Source of the DNA: Mobula hypostoma
Lineage: Eukaryota
DNA: 64,000 nt
Direction of reading: 5' to 3'
Assembly (NCBI RefSeq): GCF_963921235.1
Contig: NC_086120.1
Span: 11,470,001 to 11,534,000, forward strand
Shown: positions 26,075 to 36,954 of the stretch, in pieces
How the letters are laid out: every line of letters begins with the position of its first letter
Position numbering within the stretch: the stretch's first letter is position 1
Notes under the pieces: model-generated
The model's database searches: none
What the model was told of the DNA's origin: nothing
The model's input: only the letters and a program-made list of their open reading frames with translations
Translations under genes and position numbers: made by a program

Positions 26075-26161
26075 TTGCCATGTTTTTAACTCTCTTCTCT
26101 GAATATCTACAGCAAATTGCCATGTCTTTAACTCTCTTCTCTGAATTTCTACAGCAAATTG
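26075..26161. repeat. 42-bp tandem duplication (2 copies)
   Basis: TTGCCATGT(T/C)TTTAACTCTCTTCTCTGAAT(A/T)TCTACAGCAAA starts at 26075 and again at 26117. Confidence 0.9.
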
Positions 26162-26230
26162 TTGGAAAATGTGCTCCTTTTGGAAATAGTAAAAGTCCCA
26201 TTTTAGCATTTGTTTTGAGCAGAAATTTTG

Positions 26231-26631
26231 TGTTGCACAGGGTGACTGAGGAGAACCCAAGTGCAGGACACCGGCACGTTGGCTGAGTTGGGGATGCTGG
26301 CGTAGACGTGAACGTAAAACAGCAAACTAGAAGAATCTTGACAAGCAGATGGGATCTACAGGGACTATCTTGAAACTAGAGCAGAACCTGGAACTAAACT
26401 TAGAACTGATGGTTCTAAGTGGACAAGAGAACAAGGTATCACACGAGACTAAACCAACAAACTAGCAACCTGAGAAAGAGAAGCCATCGTACTTATCTCA
26501 CAGTCTCTGATGAAAACCAGGTGTACCATAATTAGGTAAACTAGCAGCAATTAGAAATCTAATGATTGAAATTAGGGCATAATCAGGGAGAAAGGAGTGT
26601 TAAAAGGGAACAGTCAAACGGAACCATGACA
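26231..26631 (-). mobile_element. Gypsy-type solo LTR (401 bp)
   Basis: TGT...ACA termini (TGTTGC...ATGACA) with a perfect 5-bp TSD TTTTG at 26226-26230 and 26632-26636. Strand inferred from base composition. Confidence 0.8.
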
Positions 26632-26659
26632 TTTTGCACATTTTACTTAAGTATTGCAT

Positions 26660-27430
26660 GCATTTCTGATCACCCCATTGCAGGAGGGAGGTGGAGACTG
26701 CAGAGTGGGTGCAGAAGAGAACAGATTTACCAGAATGCTTCCTGGATTTGAAAGTATAAGCTATAAGGAAAGGCTAGGTAGTGACATCAGCGCCGGACTC
26801 CGGAGCGAAGGTTCCTGAATTCGAATCCAGTCGGGCCACTCCCGGGCACGCTTTCCATATGTACCGGGTTGAGCGTTGAGCTCACAACTAGGCCTCGTAA
26901 AAAAAAAACTGTGCTGTGAGAAGGACATGGAGGACCAATCACAAAATCTTTCCTCCAAGACAACCACTTGAAAAAGTGGGTTGCCGAGGGTCTGGCAGAG
27001 TATGGCAAACAAAAAAAAAGGCAAACGTAGGTTGTCCTCCCGAGAGTGTTGGTGGCTAAATGGGGATCTGATGCGAGTTTTTTTTAATTATTAGAGGTAT
27101 AGGTAGGGTAGACAGTCAGAATTGTTTCTTCAGGATAGAAATGTCAAATACCGGAGGAGATACTTTTCGGGTTAGAAGGTGAAGTTTAAAGATAATGTTT
27201 TTATATATTTTATGTTTTAGAGGGTGGTACGCACATGGAATAGTTCACAAGAGTTAGTAGTGAAATCAGGCAGTTTGGTAGAGTTTAAGAGGCCTTTATA
27301 TAGTCACATGAATATGAATAGACTAGATGGCTATTGATGATACACTGTAGGAGGACATCCAGTAGAAATTGGCAGCAGAATCAAAACAATATAATGGGCT
27401 GAATTGCCTGTCCAGTTATATACATTTCCA
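26660..27430 (+). mobile_element. CR1 3' part interrupted by a SINE
   Basis: RVQKR..FTRMLPGFE..SYKERL before the SINE; RGIGRVDSQ and a CR1 3' UTR after it. Confidence 0.7.
26779..27020 (+). mobile_element. tRNA-derived SINE, CpG-rich, A-rich tail
   Basis: B-box-like GAATTCGAATCC (26817-26828), GGGTTGAGCG..CAACTAGGCCTCGTAAAA block and a terminal A-run; splits CR1 coding sequence. Confidence 0.65.
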
Positions 27431-27596
27431 TGCTCTTTGTTCACAGTTCCAAACAATGGTTTAAACATTGTCAATGGGTAAACTTGAAATTGTTTCTTTT
27501 TGGGAAGAAGAATTGTCTTCAGTGGAAATGTAACAGAATTCTATTTTTGGGGAAGATGTTTCTGAAGCTGAAAGATCTGTTGGTAGATAAGATACA

Positions 27597-28470
27597 TGGA
27601 ATCAGAAACAGGTTTAATGTCAATAGCATTTGCTGTGAAATTTCTTGTTTTGCAGTAGCAGTACAGTGGAATACATAATAATAAAAAAGAAATATTCAAA
27701 AATAAATAAATAAGTAGTGCAAAAAAAAGAGCCAAGAATATAGATAGATAGATAGATGTACTTTATTGATCCCAGGGGAAATTGGGTTTGGTTACAGCCG
27801 CACCAACCAAGAATAAATATAGCAATACAAAAACCACAAACAATCAAACAACAAAATGCAAACTATGCCAGATGGAAATAAGTCCAGGACCAGCCTATTG
27901 GCTCAGGCTATCTGTCCCTCCACGGGAGGAGCTGCAAAGTTCGATGGCCACAGGCAGGAACAACCTGCCGTGATGCCCAGTGTTGTATCTCGGTGGAATA
28001 TGGTCGGGGTCCAACAGCTGAAAGCTCAATATCCGGTCTACAAACACGTTCCTCGATCATAATATGACCCGGATTCTCACAGATTGGTCCATTGTCCATT
28101 CAGAAATCTGATAGCAGAGGGGAAGAAACTGTTCCTTAAGTGTTGAGTGTGCACCTTCAGGCTCCAGTACCTGCTCTTTGATGGTAACAATGAGAAGATG
28201 GGGTGTCATGGGTGATGGGGTCATTAAGGACAGATGCCATTTTATTTGAAGCATTGCCTTTTGAAGATGTCCCAATGCTGGGGAAGCAGGTGCCCATGAT
28301 GCAGCTGGCTGAATTTGCAACTTTCTGTGACATTTTCCCAAACCCGTACAAATGCCTCTCCATACCAGATGGTGGTATCAGAATGCTCTCCATAGTACAT
28401 CTGTAGAAATTTTCGAGAGTCTTTGTTGTCATGAAAAGTCTCCCCAAACTCCCAATGAAATATAGCCAGA
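27597..28470 (-). mobile_element. Rex1/Babar LINE 3' part with a second antisense LINE 3' fragment nested at about 27736-28078
   Basis: ORF 28157-28447 KTLENFYRCTMESIL; GAATCAGAAACAGGTTTA tail at about 27600; nested piece has an (ATAG)n tail at 27740-27757. Confidence 0.75.
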
Positions 28471-28489
28471 TGAACTACACCCCAGGGTT

Positions 28490-29710
28490 GAAGAGTTTGT
28501 AGAGGCTTAGTAGTGATCTTTCAAGAGTCGCTAAATTCTGGGATAAGCCCAGGGGACTGCAAATGTGACTCCACCTTTTAAGGAGGGAGGGAAGTAAAAA
28601 GCAGGAAAATATAGGCCAGTTGGCATTTGGTTAACAAGACAAGAGTCCATATTATTACAGGAAAGATACTAGCATAGATAGATGATAGGCTGACTGGCAT
28701 GAAGCAAAGTGGGAATAAAGGGGGGCCTTTTTTGGTTAGCTCCTGGTGTTAAGTTGTGTTCCACAGGGATCAGTGTTGGGATCAATTCTTTTCACATTTT
28801 TGGTTGACAGAATTGATGGCTTTGTGGCCAGGTTTTCAGATATACAAAGATAGATGGAGGGGAAGGTCGTGCTGTGGAAGCAGGGTGTCTCCAGAAGGCC
28901 TTAGACAAATTGGAAGAATGGGCAAAGAAGTGGCAGGTAGAACATACTGTAGGGAACTGTATGGTCATGCACTTTGATAGAAGGAATAACTAAATAAATA
29001 AAGGAATAATTTCTAAACAGAGAGCAAATTCAGAAATCAGAAGTGCAAAGGAACTTGAAAGTCCTCATGCAGAGCTACTTAAAGGTTAATTTGTAGTTGA
29101 GTCAGTAGTAAGGACAGCAAATGCAATGCTAGCATTCATTTCAAGAGGACTAGAATATAAAAGCAATGCTGCTTTATAAGGGCTTTGGCAGACTGCACAG
29201 AGTATCGTGAGCAGTTTTGAATCACTTATCTAGGAAGGGGTGTGATGGCATTGGAGATAGTATAGGGGAGGCTCACAAGAATTATCCAGGAATGAAAGGG
29301 TTAATGAATGAGTAGTGTTTGAAGGCTCTGGGACTGTACTCACTGGAGTTTAGATAAATGAGGGTGGATCATATTGAAACCTATCAACGTGGAGAGGTTG
29401 TTCCCTATAGTGGGGGATTCTAGAAGCAGAGGGCACACCCTCAGAATAGAAGGATGTCCTTTTAGATTAGAGTAGGGGAGGACTTTCTTTAGGCAGAAGG
29501 TGGTAAATCCATGGAGTTCATTGCCACAGATGGCTGTGGAGGTCAAGCCATTGGTATATTTAAAGAGATTGATAGGTTCTTGATTAGTAAAGATGTCAAA
29601 GATGGCAGAACAGTGGAGTCGAGAGGGATAGTGAACCAGCCATTGTGGAATGGCACAGCAGACTTAATGGGCTGAATGGTCTAATTCTGCTCCTATATCT
29701 TATGGTCTTT
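28490..29710 (+). mobile_element. CR1 LINE RT/3' part, decayed
   Basis: ANVTPPFK, VPQGSVLG, KANAMLAFISRGLEYK-like and RGHTLRIEG motifs; tail TCTTATGGTCTT. Confidence 0.85.
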
Positions 29711-30219
29711 AGGCACTTGTTCACTTGAATTATTGCCTATCAGAGTCCATTACCAGGAGCTATTTGTTCCCTCCACCTATTCCCCTCAGCCTCTGGTCAC
29801 TATTTCCACTCTTGTGTACTCTATATGCCCATGACCCCTCCTCACTTGTATCCTGCTTTCTCTTGCTAGCTCTTGTTCCACCAATTATCCCCATTCTTTT
29901 ACTGGCTATCTTCCAACTATCTTTCAGTCTAACAAAGTGACTCAATTCAAAACATCAATTGTCCATTTCCCTCCACAGCTACTGCCTGATCCTTGAATTC
30001 CTCCTGCATTTTGTTTATTGCTTATTTTAAAACATTTATCTCTCATTGCATACCAATTGTCCTTTGTGGACCTCTTGCTGTAAATAATCTTTGAACAAGT
30101 TAGAGGATAGGAATATATTAAACATACATACTTTAAATCGGCCATGAAGATAGGGCAGTGAATTATCTTGACCATCAGAGGTGGCAAAGTCATTAAGGAT
30201 GTCAAGTGAATTCATTACA

Positions 30220-30380
30220 CAATAGACTGCAAGTACAGGAAATCTGGATCAACATACACATCAGGACTGATGAATTTCTCAGCCTGAAATGTTAACTGTT
30301 CCATTTTCTCCACAGATGCTGCTTGACCCACTGAGTTCTTCCAGCACTGTGTGTGTTTATCCAAGTGAACTCCTGACTGC
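30220..30380. mobile_element. Fold-back PLE-terminus mini-element
   Basis: Minus-strand terminal block (GACTGCAAGTACAGGAAATCTGG..CATCAGGA) joined to a plus-strand block (CTGATGAA..CCTGAAATG..AGATGCTGCTTGACC..CCAGCAC..GACTGCA). Confidence 0.55.
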
Positions 30381-30551
30381 ATTAGTGGAGTAAGTCTGAG
30401 GAACTCATGATTAATTGCATCAAGTCCAATGTGTAGAAACTGTACATGAGGAAATAGAAAATTCTGCTTGCAAGTTTGTCTTGAATAAAGTTTCATAACT
30501 TGAAACTTTTGAAATGGAAGTTTGAGCAGATTGACAGTAGAGTATCAGACT

Positions 30552-30752
30552 TAAACACAGAAAATGCTGAAGGAAATCAGCAGCTCAGGAGATGAATAAA
30601 GAGTTGGCATTTCAAGCCAAGGCCATTCATCAGACTCAGCCAAAACACTAGCTGTTTATTGCTTTCCATAGGTGCTGCCTGACCTTTTGGATTCCTCCAG
30701 CATTTTGTATGTGTGATTCTGGATGTCCAGCACCTGCAGAATCTCTTGTGTT
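30552..30752. mobile_element. Fold-back PLE-terminus mini-element
   Basis: ACACAGAAAATGCTGAAGGAA at the left is the imperfect inverted repeat of TTCCTCCAGCATTTTGTATGT at the right; TTCATCAG (reverse complement of CTGATGAA) lies at the centre. Confidence 0.6.
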
Positions 30753-31330
30753 TAGAGTTTCAGATTCAGTAATTTCCATGGTTACAATAAAGCTGATGAG
30801 TTCTTCCACTCATATTCCTTGAGCTCTGTAATATTATCAGAGGCAGAGTATGAAGTTGCAGAATGAGACAATATACAGAGGCAATAAACAAAAATAATAG
30901 AATGAGATATTTGGAAGATGGTAGCAAACTTACTTGCACAATCAATCCCACTTTACAAATAGAAAATCTGCAAAAACATTTCAACCCAGGACCAGATAAA
31001 AGCAGAAAATGCTGGAAACAATCAGTCAGTCAGATGGCAACTGTGGGAAGAGAAAGAGTTAACACTTCAGGTTGTAGGCTCTTAATCACTTCTTAGCCAG
31101 CTCTTGGTTATGAACCTTTCACAGTATCGGTTAGGGACCTTATGCTGCAGGGTACATTAATCTGTGATATGTCAAATGACAAAAGTAAAATCCAAGTTAG
31201 TGAAAGCTCTAGTTCTATCTCTTGTACATGCATCTCACAGCGTAATATTTTACCTTCTCCACAATCTCTTCAACTTGCCCTGATGTTACAACTTTTGTAA
31301 CATGTAGTTGCCTGGTTGAGTTTGAATTAA

Positions 31331-31684
31331 GGTTATTCTGGTGAAGCGCCATTCCTTATGGTGGACCTCCAGGGAGACGTAGACAAGGTGGATACAAGTG
31401 GAGAGCAGACTAGAGACAAAGATGAACAGAGAATCTTCACTTGGGGATTGTTTTGAAGAGAACACAGGCTAGAACTCAAGAATTACTACATACAGGGTAG
31501 ATAAACTCAAGACTGAGAAAAGACAAACAAAACAGAGGGAACTTTAATGCAGAAAAAAAAACAAGACACAGATGCACTGATAACTAAAACAAGACACAGG
31601 TGAAAATAATCAACTAATAATAAAAGGAGGAGCATCAGAACCTGGAGGACTCCAGCAGCTCCTTTTGATCAGACTGGTATGATA
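31331..31684 (-). mobile_element. Probable decayed Gypsy solo LTR
   Basis: A-rich strand with ACACAGGTG..AAT boxes similar in layout to 26231-26631; ends TATGATA. TSD is only approximate. Confidence 0.4.
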
Positions 31685-31689
31685 ATTTA

Positions 31690-33123
31690 CCTCTAGATTT
31701 TGGACAATTTACTGTGGCCATTTGGTGGGAGGAAGCCAGAGCATGTGGAAGCAGCATTAGTGGATAGCTGATAAAGAAGACATATGTATGAAGAGTTGAC
31801 TTTCATTCCTTGGGACTGAGTATTAAAGATGGCAAGTCACGGTAAAGCTGTATAAAACTTTGGTTAAGCTGCATTTGGAATATTGCTTGCAGTTCTAGTT
31901 TCTGCATTGCAGGAAGGATGTGGGGACTGTGGAGAAAGTACAGAAGACCCTTATCAGGATGCTTGCTGGATTAAACTGTATTTGCTATATGGGGAGCTTG
32001 GACACTTGGATTGTTTCTCAGGAGCACTGGAGGCTGAGGGGACAACTTGTTAGACATACATAAAATTCTGAGAGGCTTCCCAGGTTGGCATATAAGTTGA
32101 GAAGGCAAAAGTTTAAATGATATCTACAAGTCTTTTACAAAGCAGAATAGCAAGACAAATGAAGATTTTTGTCTTCCATAGTGGGTGAGAAATGGGACTC
32201 ACACTTATAGTGAATAAACCAACTCTGCTGGGAAAGATTAGCTAAGAGAATTGAGAATGGACAGGGAAAACATATTTTGCATAGCTATAACACAACCTTT
32301 GCCCGCTTGAGGAAGTCTTCAGAAAACTTAAAGTCAAGAATCATAGAAAAGTCCAGTAAGGAAACAGACCCTTCAGCCTATCTAGTCCATGCTGAACCAT
32401 TTAAACTGCCTACTCCCATTGACCTGCACTAGGGCCACGGCCATCCATAATCTTACCATCCATGTACCTGTCCAAACTTCTCTGAAATGTTGAAATCAAG
32501 CTTGTATGCACCACTAGAGCTGGCTGCTTGTTCTACATTCTCATGACCCTCTGAATGAAGAAGCTTTCTCTTATGCTCCTCTTAAACTTTTCACCTTTCA
32601 CCCTTAACCTATGACTTCTAGTTGTAGCCCCACACAAACTCTTCATTGAAAAGAATCTTAGATTCTTCATTAACATAAACTTTATTACATCTGATCTTAG
32701 AGTCACAGTAATGGCACAACATCATGGAGAGATACAGCACGGAAGGGGGCCATTCACCCACCAAGTCAGTATTAACCATCAACCACCCATTTTATACTAA
32801 TCCCACATTAATCTTACATCAAGATTGAAAAGGCATATGTGGCATAGGACAAGTATTTATTATAGACCAGGAGTGAAATGGTATCAGGTAGAAACATAGA
32901 AAACCTACAGCACAGTACAGGCCCATCAGCCCACAAAGCTGTGCCGAACATGTCCCAACCATAGGCTTACCCATAGCTCTCTATTTTTCTAAGCTCGTGT
33001 ATCCATCCAGGAGTCTCTTAAAAGACCCTATCGTTCCACCTCCACCACCGCCGCCGGCAGCCCATTCCACGCACTCACCACTCTCTGCATAAAAAACTTA
33101 GCCCTAACATTTCCTCTGTACCT
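31690..33123. mobile_element. Cluster of CR1 fragments: 31690-32140 (+), 32335-32640 (-), 32889-33123 (-)
   Basis: LYKTLVKLHLEYCLQF on the plus strand; reverse-complemented CR1 3' UTRs with (TTTCTATG) tails. Confidence 0.75.
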
Positions 33124-33721
33124 GTGTTAAGCAAGTGTCTGGTGCTGAGATTTAATAAATGAGAATAGACCAGAATTTTTGAATCAATGGTGATGTACTT
33201 GAGCTACAAGATATTACAAAAACCTCTTTGTAACTGTTGATTCTATGATACCTACTCTCTGTCCATCTATGTTGCAAGATTAACCATGCATACTCTTGAC
33301 CATTTCAAAGGCCAATCAATCAATGAACTGATGGAATACAATTTCTGCTGAGACTTTCCAACTGCAGTGCCCTCACAGTTGAAGCAATTTATTTTAAGGT
33401 AAAAGCTCTCTAACTGTTATCAGCTGTAATTGCAGTCTGATCTAGCATCAACACACTCACTCCCCCTACTTTCCTGGCAGAGTAAACAGGACTTGGGCTA
33501 GAACTAGCCCCTCCTTGCAACCTGGATCTAGTATTTTGTGTCAGTCATATATTTCCCTTTGATACAATTTCAATCCTTTTTGCAATTACACCTGAATTGT
33601 ATTTGAGCTGTGAAGAATGCCATTTCCTTACTTCTTACCTCTTGCTCCTTTGATAGCATAATCTTGGTTTTGTAACCTGTTGTAAAAGCCAGAGTTAACC
33701 CAGTCCACATCGCTGAAGAAA

Positions 33722-34039
33722 TGTCATTTAATTAACCAATCAAAGTGGTGTTATGTCAGCATTTTTGAAGAGTTATCATTGTGTATGGATAGCTGGAGTG
33801 TCCCTTTAAGGATTCAGGACCATCACGCTAATAGGCAATCACGTTTTGGTGCCAAGAATTGAATATTTAAAGAGCACCTGAACGGACCCTTAATGCCCAA
33901 TCATACACTCAACTAGAGATATCGCCTCACGTTTGTTTTGTGCTCAGTTCTCAATCCAGTTTCATACCGTGCCTTGATCTTTGCTTCCGATACTCCAGCA
34001 CTTGGGTCCACACCATCCTCTTCAAGGACTCTTGTCACA
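33722..34039 (+). repeat. 5' LTR of the chromovirus (start uncertain)
   Basis: Shares CCCTTTAAGGATTCAGGA, CCAAGAATTGA.TATTTAAAGAGC, TTTGTGCTCAGTTCT and TGGGTCCA with the 3' LTR; ends TGTCACA. Confidence 0.75.
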
Positions 34040-34051
34040 GTACAGTTGAGC
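34040..34051 (+). promoter_or_regulatory. Self-priming primer-binding site
   Basis: GTACAGTTGAGC abuts the LTR and is complementary to GCTCAATTGTA (40733-40743), which lies about 24 nt after the LTR TATA box. Confidence 0.6.
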
Positions 34052-34055
34052 TAAT

Positions 34056-36950
34056 ATGGATCCAGTAGGGTATCGGAGTCTCTCGGCTGTTGTGGACAGC
34101 CACAGCAAGAGGATTTCCAAACAGAACCTGGAGATATTCAGAATCAGAATCAGGTTATTATCATCATCGACATGTGATGTGAAATTTGTTAACTTAGCAG
34201 CAGCAGTATAATGCAACACATAATATAGAAGAAAAAAAACAAAATATAATAATAAATAACTAAATCAATTAGAGTATACGTATATTGAATAGATTAAAAA
34301 TTGTGCAAAAGAATAGAAATACTATAAATTAAAAAAGTGAGGTAGTGTCCAAGGTTTCAATGTCCATTTAGGAATCAGATAGCAGAGGGGAAAAAGCTGT
34401 TACTGAATCGATGAGTGTGTGCCTTCAGGCTTCTGTACTTCCTACCCAATGGCAACGGTGAGAAAAGGGCATGCCTTTGGTGCTGGAGGTCCTTAATAAT
34501 GGACACTGCTTTTCTGAGACACCATTCCTTGAAGATCTCCTGGGTACTTTGTAGGTGAGTACTCAAGATGGAGCTGACAAGATTTACAACCTTCTGCAGC
34601 TTCTTTTGGTCCTGTGCAGTAGCCCCCCACCCCCATACCAGACAGTGACACAGCCTGTCAGAATGCTCTCCACAGTACATCTATAGAAGTTCTTGAGTGT
34701 CTTTGTTGATGCACTAAATCTCTTCGAAACCCTAATAAAGTATAGATGCTGTCTATAACTGCATCGATATGTTGGGACCAGGTTAGATCCTCAGAGATCT
34801 TGACACCCAGGAACCTGAAGCTGCTCACTCTCCTCACTTTTGATCCCTCTATGAGGATTGGTGTGTGTTCCTTCGTCTTACCCCTCCTGAAGTCCACAAT
34901 CAGCTCTTTTGTCTTACTGACGCTGAGTGCCAGGTTGTTGCTGCGACACCACTCCACTAGTTGCCATATCTCGCTCCTGAATGCCCTTATGTCTATATTT
35001 GAAATTCTACTAATAATAGTTGTATCATCAGCAAATTTATAGATGGTACTTGAGGTATGCCTAGCCACACAGTCATGGGTATATGGAGAGTAGAGCAGTG
35101 GGCTAAGCACACACCCCTGAGGTCCATCAGTGTTGATCGTCAGCGAGGAGGAGATGTTATCACTAATCCGCACAGGTTGTGGTCTTCCGGTTAGGGAGTT
35201 GAGGATCCAATTGCAGAGTGAGGTACAGAGGCCCAGGTTCTGCAAATTCTCAATCAGGATTGTGGGAATGATGGTATTAAATGCTGAGCTATAGTCAATG
35301 AACAGCATCCTGACAGAGGCATTTGTATTGTCCAGGTTGACTAAAGTCGTGTGAAGTGCCATTGAGATTGCATCTGCCATTGACCTATTGTGGCGATAGG
35401 TAAATTGCATTGGGTCCAGGTCCTTGCTGAGGCAGGAGTTCATTCAAGTCATGACCAACCTGTCAAAGCATTTCATCACTGTAGATGTGAGTGCTACCGG
35501 GTGATAGTCATTAGGGCAGCTCACATTATTCTTCTTAGGCACTGGTATAATTGCTGCCTTTTTGAAGCAAGTGGGATCTTCTGCCCATAACAGTGAGAGG
35601 TTGAAAATGTCCTTGAATACTCCCGCCAGTTGGTTGGCACAGGTTTTCAGAGCCTTACCAGGAACTCCATTGGGACCTTCTGCCTTGTGAGGGTTCAATC
35701 TCTTTAAAGACGGCCTAACATCGGTCTTTGACATGGAGATCACAGGGTCATCAGGTGCAGCAGGGATCTTCACAGCTGTAGTGGTGTTCTCCCTTTCAAA
35801 GTGTGCATAGAAGGCACTGAGTTCATCTGGTAGTGAAGCATCGCTGCCATTCATGCTGTTGGGTTTCACTTTGCAGGAAGTAATGTCTTGCAAACCCTGC
35901 CAAAGTTGTTGTGCATCTGATGTCACTTCCAACCTCTTTCGAAATTGTCTCTTTGCCCTTGAAATAGCCCTCCACAAATCATACCTGGTTTTCTGGTACA
36001 GGCCTGGGTCGCCGGACTTGAATGCCACAGATCTAGCCTTCAGCAGACCACATACCTCCTGGTTCATGCATGGCTTTTGGTTTGGGAATGTACAGTAAAC
36101 TCTAGGCTGCCATATACTATCTATCCCAAGGAAGATACCAGAGTAATTCTGGTGAGGTTGTCAGTCACTCTGTGGAGCCAGTATACCTTTTGACCCTGGA
36201 GAGATGTGATGAAGACCCCGGTTCTTTCTGTGGCTTCCTCATTGAATGCTCTTTGGTGTTTGAACTCCAGCCGTCCTTGCTCCCTTTGGAGTGCGGAAAA
36301 GTGGCCTTTATGATCTCTCTCCTGATCAGGAGAGCCCTCGCCTGAGCTACCACGCATTGGGGATGAAGGCCAGAGATTTGCACGGATTTAGAAGAATACA
36401 TAGCCATTATGAGAAAGGTATTTTATCATCCCAGCACTGAAAATAAAGCCTTGGACCTTCTGATGAAGCTGCATCAGGGAAGTCAGTCAACAGTCAACTA
36501 TGCTATCGAGTTCCGAATTTTGGCGCAAGAGAGTGGTTGGAATGGGGAAGCCTTGGTCACTCTGTACCACCACGGACTCCAGGACGAACTAAAAGATGCC
36601 TTCATCTTGGGGGAGCCAACAGGGAACTTAGAGGTCCTCTTTGACCAGTCTGTCCACCTTGACCATCATCTGGCAGAGTGTAAGAGAGATTACATTATAA
36701 GGCCAAAGAGGGCTAGCCCGAGGCTACCCTCAACCCATTGCAGTTCCACCGTTCGATCTTAGACCATGACCAGCCCATCTCCTGCTCAGGAATCTGTTGA
36801 GCCCATGCAGACCTGTTACGTGAGTCTTTCCGCTGATGAGAAGTTCCGGTGTTGGAATCAAAGCTGATGCTATTTCTGCGGGGAAGCAGGTCACCCGTGG
36901 GCCGAACGTCCGAAGCTGCAGCTGCCTGGAGAACTGCCAAGACCACCCAG
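34056..36950 (+). pseudogene. gag: Gypsy gag, split by a LINE at 34138-36097
   Basis: ATG GAT CCA start; ERCDEDPGSFCGFLIECSLVFELQP; LHQGSQSTVNYAIEFRILAQESGWN..YHHGL; zinc knuckle CYFCGEAGH at 36868. Confidence 0.85.
34138..36097 (-). mobile_element. Relatively young Rex1/Babar LINE inserted in gag
   Basis: ORFs 35444-36067 and 34658-35443 give near-continuous RT ([38 protein letters not shown]); (GAATCA)n tail at 34138-34152. Confidence 0.95.
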
Positions 36951-36954
36951 TGTC

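Noticed and set aside
26779-26835. tRNA gene
   Set aside because: Only a B box and partial arms are present, and the sequence continues into a SINE body and A-tail.
36925-36950. PEG10-like -1 frameshift site between gag and pol
   Set aside because: The sequence is GGAGAAC rather than a valid slippery heptamer; too decayed to claim.
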